Shown here: piece after piece, positions 24,771 through 39,789 of the stretch
How positions within the stretch are numbered: position 1 is the first letter of the stretch
How the letters are laid out: each line of letters begins with the position of its first letter
From: Octopus sinensis
Taxonomy: Eukaryota
DNA length: 64,000 nt
Direction: 5' to 3'
Assembly: GCF_006345805.1 (NCBI RefSeq)
Contig: NC_043002.1
Coordinates: 23,622,001-23,686,000 of the forward strand
Notes under the pieces: generated by a model
Database searches by the model: none
The model's input: only the letters and a program-made list of their open reading frames with translations
What the model was told of the DNA's origin: nothing
Made by a program: the position numbers and the translations under genes

Positions 24771-27203
24771 CTAAGGAAAACAAGAAACAGATGTTGAATT
24801 GCTTTATATAATCCCTCCTACTTCCTTAAGTTAGTGATTCTCAATCTTTTTAGCTTTATGGTATACTGGAAAACAAACAAAAAATTATTGGCACACTCCT
24901 CCTTTTCCTCATCATCAATATATTGTCATCATTGTTTTAATGTCCCCTTTTTTATGCTTGTATGGGTCAGACAGAATTTCTTGAAGCAGATTTTCTACAG
25001 CTGGATCCTCTTCCAGTTGCCAACCCTCACCTGTAACCAAGCAATTTAATATTTCGTTAGGTTTTCACAGAAGATCGGAAACAAATGATACTGCTTACAA
25101 GTCAGTGACATTCATTTATAACTATCATGCAATATCAAAACAGGGAGACACAAACTCACACACATACACATCCACCAAATCCACTCACAAGGCTTTGGTT
25201 GGCCCAAGGCTATAGTAGATGGTTGGGAAATAAGCACCTTGCCACATAGTCTCGTCTGCACCTATATGTACAGAGTTAAATATTACATTTTTAAAGTAAA
25301 AACTTTAAAATATATTTTATGCCTTATTCTATTAATCATCATCATCATCCCTTAATGACTGTTTTCCATGCTGGCATGGGTTGGACGGTTTGACCAGAGC
25401 TGGCAAGCAGGAAAGCTGCACCAGTTTCAGTCTAATTTGGCTTGGTTTCTATGGTTGGATGCCCTATCTAACTCCAACCACTTTAACAAAATTGTGAATA
25501 ACAGTTTTCAAAAGGACCAAGCCATTAATATGGATTTTTGAAAGCCTTAAAATATGTTTAAAATAAATTAATATGATGCACCCAGATTCCTGTTGAAGGA
25601 CACACCATTTCAGAACTATATTATGCATTGGTTCAAATCCAGTGATACTTCAGTAAATGTGTTAAAAGGGTAGAAGAGACATGGTTGTGCGTTTCCGCAC
25701 TACAATGTTTAGGGTTCAGTCCCACTGCGTAGTACCATGGCTATGGTTCTTCTGTAGTCCAGGAGTGAATAAGACTTTGTGGGTGGATTTGATAGAGGAT
25801 AACTGTGTGGGAGCTCATTGTGTGTGTGTATGAGTGTTTGTATATTTGTTTACATTTACACTTTTCTGAAAACCAGGAGTTACTACAATATTGTCATTTC
25901 ACCTATCAACAAATTGTCCACTGGCTTTCTGCCTTTGAAGACAAGTAGATATCTCCGTTGAGAAACAGGTAAGGCTATCTAGCTGTAAAACAATGTCTCA
26001 AGGAAAAAGAATGGACATATAAACCTTATAACATTCCTTCTTTTCTAATTTCTTAAATACTAATACTACCTCTCTCTCACACACACACTCCAGAGTGTAA
26101 ATCCTTCAGAATTCCGTCTTTGCCAATATATTTCTATCAGTAATTGACTTACACATGTTCAAGTAGAACCTCAATAGAATCAGTTTCATTAGTCCAAAAT
26201 ATCAGGAGCACTGCCTTTTCCTTCAGGCCAAACAACAAATAAAACAAAATAAACAATTATTAAATATCTGTTTCTTTCCAATTACTTGTCCATCTCCACT
26301 AGTGCAGTTCATCAGATTCTTATTTTCACCATTTATATTTCCATCTAGAGCAATTAAGTTATTGGTTTTACTCCAGTCCCAAGGTGCACCAACGATGCAT
26401 TACCCAATGATGCCACATATCAAACTGTATCAACCATTAGGAAGCAAATTGGCAGAGTCATTAGAGTTGGATAAAATGCTTCACAGTATTTGTTATGAAA
26501 CTTGGTGCTTTAAGTTAAAATCTTGACAAAGTCAACCTTTGGATCATTGTCATAATTTAATGTCTGTTCAATATGTTGGCGCAAGTTGATGGTTTGATGA
26601 AAGCTGGCGAGCTGGAGAGTTGTGCCAAGTTCTGTTGTCTACTTCAGCATGGTTTCTCTGGCTGCATACCCTTCCTAATGCCAACCACTTTACAGAGTGT
26701 ACAGATGCTTTTTCGTGGTACCAGCACCAGTGAGGTGCCCAAGTAACTTGCAAGACAAGACAAAGTCCCCTCGAGTGGAGAGGAGTAGCATTGTGATAGT
26801 TAATGAGAGGTTAAAAGAATAGTGGGATAGAAATAGATATCTTGTTGAAGTGATATAAGGATACCCTAGTTGGAAAAAGGATAGGAGACTTAGAGAAAGA
26901 TAGATGGAGAGAGAGAGAGAGAAAAGAGAGAGATGGTGGTGGTGGAAATGTATCACAAAAAGATATACCAATCCAAGGATCGCACAAAGCATTTAGTTAT
27001 GTACTCTACAGTTCAGCAGATCTGGAGTAGAGATGAGGTTGAAAATGCAATGAAAAGACCTTGAAAAACCTAGCTGATTGATTGACCGAACTACTAATCA
27101 AATAATTGATTAGTTAAATGTTTAACTAATTGACTAATAATAATGAAATAAGGGAAATAGAACAAGGGCGAGTGCTTATATTAGGCATGGTTCCCCTCTA
27201 GAC

Positions 27204-27404
27204 CAGTGCTTTTCAAACTTTTAGCTGGAGCGGAACCCCAGGGAAACATTCCACTGGCTCGAGGAACCCCTGTGCAATAATTTAATAGTCTTATGCACAC
27301 ATATCTGCACAGGAGAATTAAAAATTACTGCCGATTTAGCAGTTTTGTAACTTCTTGCGGAACCCCTGGACTGTACTGGCGGAACCCTGGTTTGCGACAA
27401 CCTG
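27204..27404. mobile_element. hAT-like MITE
   Basis: CAGTGCTTTTCAAAC...GTTTGCGACAACCTG ends with repeated GCGGAACCC subterminal motifs; TSD not evident. Confidence 0.45.
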
Positions 27405-29096
27405 CAGCCTATTTCTTCCAACTGAATTCGTGTTAGACACGTTTAAAAACGGGTCGCACAGTTTATTACGAATCATTATAACAAATATTTATTATAAGCC
27501 TTATTACGTCTTGAGTCTCTTATTTGATAGTGGTTATTTAGTTTCCTTAATGAGCCGTCCCATAATAAATTGAATGTGTTCCATGCCATTCTGGCTAGTT
27601 ATTTATATTTATTCCCGCCGGTTCATAATACACTGTATGAGATTGTTAGTAGAAAGACAGGTAGTTCATCTGTACATGTTGGAAAACTTGTCAAAACATT
27701 ATGTTAAAAGTTAAAAATGTTGCATGCATATATGTTCCAGAGTGGCCTTGGCTGTTTTTGTCTAAAACGAACTAAATATGCTAGCAATACACACACACAC
27801 ACACACAACATATACAAATACATATAACATGCAGCACACATACATGTTCTCTTCAGAAAAATACAAGAATGTCAAACGAACCCTCGAACAAAATAACTAA
27901 CTATAGGGCTTGAAGTGAAACTTATAATGTATCGCTGACATAAATAATCAGTTACCTAAGTTTATACGGCTGCACCTCAGCGTACAGTTAGTTGTATTCC
28001 CGAGGGTAATTTAGTCCCAAATTCACCTTTGGAGATATAGATACACATAGGCTTTTATCGTCCCGTGTTTTCCCTTTACTTTTATTACTCATCCAAGTAC
28101 TTTTTCTTCTATTCAGGATCCTGAAATTCTCCAATCATCCAGGCTTGTTACACCTGTGTTTACATTTTGGCAAATTTCTATGGAAACGTTGTAAATAACA
28201 TTTTGGCGGGATATTCTAGTATACTGAAATAACTTTTTGGAGTTAGAATCCGTTTAAGAATCTTTTAACGTTAAACGTAAGAAATGTATTTTTCGTAACA
28301 GTGAATTAAAAAAATATTTTAGAGGAAATTCATTTACATTAAGCAGAGTAGAAAATTTTCCCGCATTTTCACTATATTAAGTTGGATGCGGAGTTACTCC
28401 GTCGCATGTTTGAGATATATTTTGTAGGTGTTATTCAAAGTTTTTGACTTTTTTGGTGTTAATATATAACACTAATTCACAAAATCTCTAACTCAACACG
28501 ACATATAACTACACATGACTAATTCACTTCGAAAGAATTAAGAATTGAAGGAAAATTTACTATAAAATTTTTTTTTTAATATTTTATATTACTATTTATC
28601 AGTAGAAAATTGCAGTCCGTTTTAGTCTGTCTTCTATATCAGTAAAAGTTTTTTTCTCAATTAAAGCTCAATAAATTATTTAAACCTATATCAACCGTGA
28701 TAAAGCAGATGTGTTTTCACAGACATTCAAACCTAAACGACCAGGTCTTTTAATCAGGGCAATATGCGTCCTAACCACCGTTACTCGATGTGTACTTCAC
28801 ATTTTAAGACAGTCGGTGCCGGATTCAGCTGCAATTTCTAGCAGGCGAGTTATAACGTAGAGGCTCCCTCGTTATGCTGTGTTTGTCCCATTTTATTTTT
28901 GTTGACGGTATAATAGTCAATAATTATATTATGATAATTTGGCTGCCACTTCTAGCAGAGTGAGCCTTATAGAGACTCCTTTGTGCATTCGGGTGATTGT
29001 TTTCGTTTGTTGACTACTTATGAATTATTCTAACTCGTCGCCAAACTATAGTTCAGCAATCCCAGGTGCTCATTTACAACATTGAAATAAACTTAC

Positions 29097-29207
29097 ATCT
29101 TTGAAGTTGACGGCCTTGAGAAGATTGGACATATTGCGGACATTGTCCAATTTAGCCACCAGTAAATATTGGTCGTCGTTATCAGAATGTTTCGTAGAAA
29201 GCGCCAT
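29097..29207 (-). CDS. RAD1: RAD1 coding exon 1 (cell-cycle checkpoint protein RAD1, 9-1-1 clamp; spliced product 280 aa)
   Basis: MALSTKHSDNDDQYLLVAKLDNVRNMSNLLKAVNFKD resembles the metazoan RAD1 N-terminus (DDQYSLVASLDNVRNL); GTAAGT donor at 29096; all 8 exons join in frame. Confidence 0.95.
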
Positions 29208-29209
29208 CG

Positions 29210-29460
29210 CACCACGTTGCCTACCGCTGTTGCCTTCTTCCGGGGTGGAAACAATTTGCTTCATTCAAATACATTCCGTTGGTCCATTTGAGTTATTTCC
29301 CTTAACTGATATTTAATTTTTTTTTTATTATGTTTCAATCTACACTGGTGTTGGAGCAAAAAGTGACGGTAGGAATCGATCTGAGGCGACTTGGGACGAG
29401 TAATATAAGGGCAACAAAAATGTGCTCAGATCAAATACGAAAACTTGTTCCGCTTTTGTT
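29210..29460 (-). promoter_or_regulatory. Putative RAD1 5' UTR / core promoter
   Basis: CpG-retaining segment directly upstream of the ATG with an ETS-like CCGGAAG (plus-strand CTTCCGG near 29237). Confidence 0.4.
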
Positions 29461-29759
29461 TTTCTTGTTTCTGGCGAAATTTTTGAAATATTTCTTCCAA
29501 ACTAATGTTAAAGTAGTTGTTACTACTTTTTCTCTCTCCAGTTAAAGCAACTATGCCATTTCCTGGATTAGCAGATCGGTATTTGTTCCGATTCTTTACG
29601 ATTTGAGATCAAATACCGCAGATGTAAATTTTGCTTTTAATCCCTCTGGTATTGATAAAATATAGAGTCAGTAATGAACTAGAGTCCTTGTAAAACATTG
29701 TTCTCAAATCCCTGTCCCTGTGTCTATTTAATAATTCTATAATTTATACACACGCTTTC

Positions 29760-30454
29760 CGAACGTAAACAACAGTGACAGGATGTTGTCTCAGTTTTAG
29801 ACGCAGCAAATGATTTTAGCTCACTAGAGGCGATTCATTGGTTAAAATTCGAGAAATTAAACTACGTTAAACAAACAAATTACAATTTTCTCAAGAAAGC
29901 CAAGGGATCTTTTCCTTTTGATGGACGGAATTTTCTAGTTAACTAAGCAATTTGAAACTTCGTATACTGGTTGATTGTGTCAAAAGAAAACATTATTGTA
30001 ATTTGTAAGTTAAACGTAGATTAATTCTTCGAATTTTAACCAATGAAATGCTAGCATTTGAGCTAAAATCATTTGCTGCGTCTAAAAACTCAGACAATAT
30101 CCTGTTGAACGTAAACAGCACACACACACGTGTTATTCATCATTCTCTTCTGTCTTCTGCATGTGCTAGAAATAACAGCCATATCTCTGAAATCGATGAA
30201 TTTCGTCGCCCAATAAAAATATTAACGATATTTTTTGAATATTTTCTTTCTTTTTTTTTTACCGAAAAGGCTTCTCCCATGGTTTTGAAGGGCCAAAAAC
30301 AACAAAAACAAAACAATAATATGCTTACATCGGTCTAGAGTGGGATATGAGGGTACATGTTTTATTTTGACACATTCTACCAATATACGAAGTTTTAAAG
30401 TGTTTAGTTAACTAGAAATTGTGTCGACAACTGCCGTTCAAAAGGAAAAGATCC
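29760..30454. mobile_element. Nested GGATC-ended MITE copies (possibly Merlin-type)
   Basis: TIR GGATCTTTTCCTTTTGA at 29905 and TCAAAAGGAAAAGATCC ending at 30454; outer copy (29760-29904 plus about 30350-30454) interrupted by an inverted inner copy; related to 38554-38958 and 46463-46735. Confidence 0.7.
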
Positions 30455-30466
30455 GGCTTAGCTTAA

Positions 30467-31520
30467 CCCTTTCGTTACCAAACTGCCCGAAAAAAATTTT
30501 GGTTAATGTGACCAAGCCGCCCAAAACCGCCCGAATTTACCATATTTAAATGAGAATATCAGAGCAAATCTCTTTAGTACATTCGTGAAAACACGCATTA
30601 TACTTCGTAAAGAGTTCAACTACAGTTTTGTACAAAAATCGAAGTGTAATTTTAATTCCGTGAATTTTGGGAGATTTTTTCCCGAAATTTGTTCCTATTG
30701 TGTTTTCAAAATTTGTAATTCTGACAAAAAATGGATACGAATTTCATTATATCAAGCAGCAAGTCAGAATTCGAAGGATTTTCTACTGAAGACCTTCATA
30801 AATCTAAATCTATGACTGAAAAAAAACAGCATGTGGTATTTGATAATGAATCTGATGTTTCATTTTCCGAAAGTGAAAACAGTGAATCCGAGAGCTCCGA
30901 CAGCGATAAAGAAAATGAATTGGCACCTGAATGGAGTGAAAATTTAAAAACTGTTTCTTTCGGTGATTTTTCTGAAGAAACTGGACCAAGCCACAGACTT
31001 TCCCAGAAGAGTAAAGCCTTAGACTATTTCTTTTTACTTTTTTGAATGAGCCTATTTGAAATCATTACGGCGGAAACGAACCGTTACGCTAAATGTAAAC
31101 AAAACGAAAGAAAGTGGTTTCCCATAACCTTAAATGAAATTAAGACTATTTTGTCATAAATATTATTATGGGTATCACCCAGAATAACAAATTCTATCGT
31201 AAAATTTTGTTGTATACCCAATTGAATATTAGCTAATAACCCATTTTCTATAGCGATGTTTGAACAAAATTTTAATAATTTTATATTTTGTTGAATTTAC
31301 CTGTATCTACCTGCAATTAGAGTCACTTTGTGACAAAAATTATAGTATAGAATTGGTTGAGAACATTTCATTAAATTATCTTCCAAAATTCACGTTAATA
31401 TATTGATAAATAAAAACGTTATAGTTGTTTAATGAAACCAGACTAAATTTATGATTACGTGAGAAATTAATTGAAAGATATAAGGGGTGTATCTTGGTCA
31501 GAAATATAGTAACGAAAGGG
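30467..31520 (+). mobile_element. Non-autonomous piggyBac element with transposase N-terminal remnant
   Basis: TTAA TSDs at 30463-30466 and 31521-31524; TIRs CCCTTTCGTTAC / GTAACGAAAGGG; acidic N-terminus then ALDYFFLLF*..IITAETNRYA..WFPITLNEIK (PGBD-like). Empty single-TTAA sites are seen in paralogous pogo copies at about 17490 and 42128. Confidence 0.92.
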
Positions 31521-32080
31521 TTAAGGTATTTTCGTGCCCGACATCACAAAATGCGTCTGAATAAACATTGCCGGACAGCAAATAGAGACTCGGACATTGC
31601 TTAGAAAATAATTTAATTTTTAACCTCGTATATAGTACGCACTAGTGATTTTGACCTTTAAATTTTGGGGGAAAATGCTGATTATGTTTCAGGATTTATG
31701 GTACATATATGTCAGTGTAAACTATGGGTATATTGGCTCTATATTGATGTTTTACTATTTAAACGAGGTAGGACCACTAAGGTTAAAGGATGATGATGAT
31801 GATAATGAAAACACAACAAAGACAAAATGAATGTCACTTAAAACTTTTATTCCTTATTCCCATTCCTTTATTCTCTTATCACAAATTCCTCAAAAATCTA
31901 GCAAAATCCTCATTGGCAATCAAAGTCATCACTGTGTTGATATATTTAGATATATAAATGATATTGAAGTTGTGATTCATGAATTTCATAGTAACAGTAA
32001 TGGAATTGAAGTTGATAATGTCAAGCTTGAACAAAATATTCATAATTATTGGCATGTAATAAGTTTTGATATTGATACGG

Positions 32081-33238
32081 TTACACTTGTGAATGAATAC
32101 TCAAATGTCTACTTAAGTTACCTTTTTGAGGGAATGATTTACCACAGATGTCACAATGATATGGCTTATCTCCTGTATGAATGCGTTTGTGAATAGTCAA
32201 CTGACTATTTCCAGAGTATGATTTACCGCAGATATCACAGTGGTATGGCTTCTCTCCTGTATGTGTACGTTCGTGTTCATGCAAGTTACAACTTCGAGAG
32301 AATGATTTATCACAGATGTCACAATGATATGGCTTTTCTCCTGTATGAAAACGTTTGTGAATAGTCAACTGACTATTATAAGAGTATGATTTACCACAGA
32401 TATCACAGTGGTATGGCTTTTCTCCTGTATGAACACGTTTGTGTTTAGTTAAGTCACTACTTTGAGAGAATGATTTACCACAAATATTACAATGATATGG
32501 CTTCTCTCCTGTATGTGTAATTCTGTGTCTAGTCAAGTCACCACTTTTAGAGAAAGATTTCCCACAGATATTACAATGATATGGTCTTTCTCCAGTATGA
32601 ACACGTTTGTGACAAGTCAAGTGACTACTTGAAGAGTATGATTTATCACAAATATCACAATGATATGGCTTCTCGCCTGTATGTGTAATTTTGTGTCTTG
32701 TCAAGGTAAAACTCTGAGAGAATGATTTACCACAAATGTCACAATGATATGGCTTCTCTCCTGTATGTGTAAGTTTGTGTTTAGTCAAGTGACCACTCCG
32801 AGAGAATGATTTACCACAAATATCACAACAATAGGGCTTCTCTCCTGTATGTGTACGCTTATGTTTAGTTAAGGCAACACTCATAGAGAATGATTTACCA
32901 CAGATATCACAATGATAGGGCTTCTCACCTGTATGTGTACGTTTGTGTATAGTCATGGCACCACTTTGAGAGAATGATTTACCACAGATATCACAATGAT
33001 ATGGCTTCTCACCTGTATGAACACGTTTATGAATAGTCAACTGACTATTATAAGAGTATGATTCACCACAGATATCACAATGATATGCTTTCTCTCCTCT
33101 ATGTGTCTGTTTGTGTGTAGTGAAGACACCACTTTTAGAGAATGTTTTACTACAGGTATTAGAGTAATATGGTTTCTCACCTATATCAGATGTGTTTGTT
33201 TTAGTTAAATGATTCATTATGAGAGGATAATTTGTCAT
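32081..33238 (-). CDS. C2H2 zinc-finger protein, cassette A (385 aa; 12 intact fingers plus 1 degenerate; no KRAB/ZAD/SET)
   Basis: Intact ORF from ATG 33238 with TGEKPY linkers; splice acceptor at 33662-33661; minus-strand AATAAA near 31851. Confidence 0.9.
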   Translation of the reverse strand: MTNYPLIMNHLTKTNTSDIGEKPYYSNTCSKTFSKSGVFTTHKQTHRGEKAYHCDICGESYSYNSQLTIHKRVHTGEKPYHCDICGKSFSQSGAMTIHKRTHTGEKPYHCDICGKSFSMSVALTKHKRTHTGEKPYCCDICGKSFSRSGHLTKHKLTHTGEKPYHCDICGKSFSQSFTLTRHKITHTGEKPYHCDICDKSYSSSSHLTCHKRVHTGERPYHCNICGKSFSKSGDLTRHRITHTGEKPYHCNICGKSFSQSSDLTKHKRVHTGEKPYHCDICGKSYSYNSQLTIHKRFHTGEKPYHCDICDKSFSRSCNLHEHERTHTGEKPYHCDICGKSYSGNSQLTIHKRIHTGDKPYHCDICGKSFPQKGNLSRHLSIHSQV

Positions 33239-34142
33239 ACATATCACAATGATAGTGTGTATTTCATTTCTATGAGAATGTTTGTGTTCAGTTTTGTCAC
33301 TATTTTTAGGGAATAATTTAATGCCGTTTCTTTCCTCTGAGATTTTGCTTAATATCTAAATCATGAGGTGACAATTGTCTACGCCTTTGTAAAGTTATCC
33401 AAGCTTAATTAACCTGTAAAGCAATCATCTCCTCTATATTCCAGATAGCAAGGACTTCAAATTGTTGCTGTTAATTCCATCGTCCAGAAGAAATATTTTG
33501 CCATATTTTGTCGTAGATTTTCTTTATAGTAAAAAGGTAGATGTATTGATGAATGCTCCTTATAAATATATCGTCTTTCTTTAGTCAATAAAAGTTGATA
33601 AAAATATCAAAGGCACATCTGAATGAAGTAATTTCTTTTATGTCAACAGGATGTGATATTCTGAAATAGTAAAAAAGAGTCAGTGAGATAAAGAGGATAG
33701 TTAAATGACTTAGCAATTCAACATTGCAAATATTCTGTTCTTCTCTAGGCCCACGGCCCAAAATTTATGGGGAGGGGCCAGACAATTAGATCGACCCCAG
33801 TATATAAACGGTGCTCAATTTATTGACCTCGAAAGGATGAAACACAAAGTCAACCATGAGGAAAACACAACAAAGACCAAATCAATTTCCCTTAAATCTT
33901 TTATTCATTATTCTCATTCTTTTATTCTCTCCTAACAAATTCCTCAAAATCCAGCACAATCCTCATCAAAAATCAAAGTTCTCATTGTGTTGATATATTT
34001 AGATATATCCATGATACTGAAGTTGATATTTATAAAATTGAAGTTGAACACATCAAGCTTGAAGAGGAATAAACCTTGTCTTGTAGAAGACAAAAAACTC
34101 ATAATTGTTGATATGTTGTAATAAATTTTGATATTGATATTT

Positions 34143-36325
<2,183 letters not shown>

Positions 36326-37359
36326 TTCTCCCCTCTATGTGTACGTTTGTGTCTAGTCAATACACCACTCTGACAGAATGATTTACTGCAGGTATTAGAG
36401 TGATATGGTTTCTCACCTGTATCAGGGTTGTTTCCTTTAGTTAAATGATTCATTATGAGAGGATAATTTGTCATACATATCACAATGATAGTGTGTATTT
36501 CATTTCTATGAGAATGTTTGTGTTCAGTTTTGTCACTATTTTTAGGGAATAATTTAATGCCGTTTCTTTCCTCTGAGATTTTGCTTAATATCTAAATCAT
36601 GAGGTGACAATTGTCTACGCCTTTGTAAAGTTATCCAAGCTTAATTAACCTATAAAACAATCATCTCCTCTATATTCCAGATAGCAAGGACTTCAAATTG
36701 TTGCTGTTAATTCCATCGTCCAGAAGAAATATTTTGCCATATTTTGTCGTAGATTTTCTTTATAGTAAAAAGGTAGATGTATTGATGAATGCTCCTTATA
36801 AATATATCGTCTTTCTTTAGTCAATAAAAGTTGATAAAACTATCAAAGGCACATCTGAATGAAGTAATTTCTTTTATGTCAACAGGATGTGATATTCTGA
36901 AATAGTAAAAAAGAGTCAGTGAGATAAAGAGGATAGTTAAATGACTTAGCAATTCAACATTGCAAATATTCTGTTCTTCTCTAGGCCCACGGCCCAAAAT
37001 TTATGGGGAGGGGCCAGACAATTAGATCGACCCCAGTATATAAATGGTACTCAATTTATCGACCTCGAAAGGATAAAACAGAAATCAACCTTGGCAGAAC
37101 CTGAAATCAGAATATAAAGACAGACGAAATACTGCTAAGCATTTCACCCGATATGCTAATGTTTCTGCCAGCTTGCTGCCTTCAACATTGCAAATATTAT
37201 AGAAGAAAAACAAGAGATGAAGGAAGTACTAGCGATAGATCGGGACTTATGGAGTCGGAACGTGGCCTAATCACCTTTACATTTGTGTCATATTTGTATT
37301 GTGTATTTCATTCGATTCTTATATATTTTATATAATTTTTATATTCATATTTATGTAAG

Positions 37360-37581
37360 GTACTATTTAAGAAGAGCGGTCCCGGTGCGCGCACTCGTGC
37401 ATCCGCATTAGCTAGTCGATCCTTACTTTGTTTTCGTGTTTTATTTACTTTGTTTTAAAAAAATTATTTATTTTGTGTTTTATTTACTTCGCTAGGTTAG
37501 TCATTGTAGGATCGACTAGTCACGACTATCTAGCGCAGAAGCGCGAGTGCGCGCACTGGGACCACTCTTTTTAAATAGTAC
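37360..37581. mobile_element. Palindromic MITE with CpG-rich TIRs
   Basis: GTACTATTTAAGAAGAGCGGTCCCGGTGCGCGCACTCG... inverted as ...CGAGTGCGCGCACTGGGACCACTCTTTTTAAATAGTAC; a single matching end lies at 47215-47285. Confidence 0.8.
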
Positions 37582-37895
37582 GGTTGTTTTGCCCCTGTGG
37601 GTAATAAAAAAATTGGTATTTCGCCCGTCTTTATGTTACGTGTACAAATTCCGATGAGGTCGACTTTTCATCCTTCAGGGCTCGCATTGAGGTCGATGGG
37701 ATCGACTTAATCCCTTCCCACAAAGTCGAGGACATGTGCTTCCGTCATTATTTTATTCACTCGGCGGCAAGCTCAAATAAGACCGAGGCCGAATTCGTCT
37801 TTTATCCTTTTCGAGAAATACTCATTTCCCGCCTGAATGAAACAGCGCTGGCCCTGGGCCAAAATTGGAAGCCACAATCATCATTACTGTTATTT

Positions 37896-38300
37896 AGAAA
37901 ATCTTTGTCAACTTACCGTTTTATCAGTGACTCCTAAAGAACAGGACAACATATACGAATGTGGTATTCTTCAATCGGTTTCCTCTCATTTTACTAATTG
38001 ATTACGCTGTTTTACTCTCGTTTAATCAACCAATCACATGTAACTGTCGGTCATCGGTTTTCATAAACAGCCGACCAACATTTCATTTTGCAAGTTATTA
38101 TTTAAGACAAGGAAATATATTTTCCGAATGTTTTCGCTTCAAAAAATAATTACTGTAACTGGTTCACATAATTCTATTATTTACATTGCTATTAGTAATA
38201 CTATTATCACCATTACAGCCTTAAGAAAATCTTTGTCAACTTACCACGTTAAGATATAAACAGCGAGTCAGCGATCACCTTAATTAAGAATTTAATTGGA
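37896..38300 (-). promoter_or_regulatory. Putative non-coding first exon(s)/promoter of the ZNF cluster
   Basis: Two identical 22-bp copies AGAAAATCTTTGTCAACTTACC (37896-37917 and 38224-38245), each a minus-strand G|GTAAGT donor; CCAAT near 38030; CpG-retaining sequence. Confidence 0.55.
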
Positions 38301-38553
38301 CTTCGTTTAAGTGATGTAGCAGTTATTTCCCTTGATGCGATTGTATTTCTTCAATTCTTCAATAGATGATTCTAGTAACTGTTTGGCTCCATTCCCGTTT
38401 TGGTTTTTGTCTCATTCTGTAAATATCTTCCCTTCAAGTTATTTCCAATTTCCACCAGATTATTTTAGCGAAGTGTACTCATATATTCTACTCGGAGCTT
38501 CTCCAGACTCGCATCTCTCCAATTAAATGAAACGCAATGAACAAAAGACTTTC

Positions 38554-38958
38554 GTATCTTTTCGGTTTGACTGGCAGTTTTTTCTAGCGGTGTCATATGA
38601 AATTGTCACCCATAATTATGACCCTAATATCGATCTATTGCATTTCAATCTGTTTTAGAGTTAGGGCTGGGAGAAGAGTATCTTTTTTTCTTCTTCACAA
38701 ATGTAAATAAACCCAATCTGTTTCTTAAACGAGGGACATATTCATACGGCACAGAATGTCTTTTACCTCAATAGACGTCATTGATTGGTTGAAATTGCAG
38801 AAAAAAAACCAACAAATATCTTACAAACCATAGAATTTTCTCAATAAAGCCAAGAGAAAAAGATGTTTTATAAACACATTCTATCAGTATATGAAGTTTA
38901 AAATTTTTTAGTTAATTAGAAATTATGTTAAAAACTGCCGGTCAAACCGAAAAGATCC
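38554..38958. mobile_element. GGATC-type MITE, possibly Merlin/IS1016 superfamily
   Basis: TIRs GTATCTTTTCGGTTTGACTGGCAGTTTT / AAAACTGCCGGTCAAACCGAAAAGATCC; 8-bp flanks AGACTTTC / AAACTTTC (7 of 8 match). Confidence 0.75.
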
Positions 38959-39789
38959 AAACTTTCTTCTCTTTCTTCATCTCATTCCTTTGCTCCTGTC
39001 GTCATTTCATTCATCTCTACCCATCGCATTTTCCCTATTTGTCTCTGATGATAGAATATTCGTTTTCCATATACTCATTAACACCCTGCAGGCTGGTTAA
39101 TTTTCATTTTTTTTTGGTTCCCGGGTGAGGATCTTTATATTGGCCCTAGAGTCTTGGATATAACTTTGGAGCCCTAGTAATCCATTATATCACTTACCTA
39201 GCGTACTTAGTCGTGTACATCACCTATAAACTAAATCCCTGTGTTATATATATATATATACTCTTCTAACACTGGTTTCCCCTTTACATGGAAATGACGC
39301 ATAAATATTTCCCTAGGCCATTGCTTGTTCACTCATTTTCCTATCAACTTCAAAGCTTCACACTGGAAAATGGTATGATTTTTAATATATTCAGCCTTTT
39401 GGCCTCTTCTCGAGGCCTAGTTTTTCCTATTTCCTCTTGCCCTGTTTTTTTTTTTTGTACACATATGTATTCACTCTGATGAAGCTCCGTGTACTAGATG
39501 GATTGGGCTATGAAAATGACGAATATTATTTTCGGAATTCTTTCGCACATGCTAATATTAGAAGCAGAAATGGCCATAAGAAATGTTATGTCCTGTTTTG
39601 TACTAAAAACTAATCTACCGATTGTGGTCCAATTTCTTTGATTGTTATCAAAAGTTTTCTCCATTTTCTGATTATTTTAATTCATATGAGATTAGAAATA
39701 CTGCATTTCTAAATTTCTCAGAGACTCTTATATGGTAGCAGCGCAATAAAGTGATGGTTTCCTGTCGCAGTCTCAGGAAAGGAAGAATT

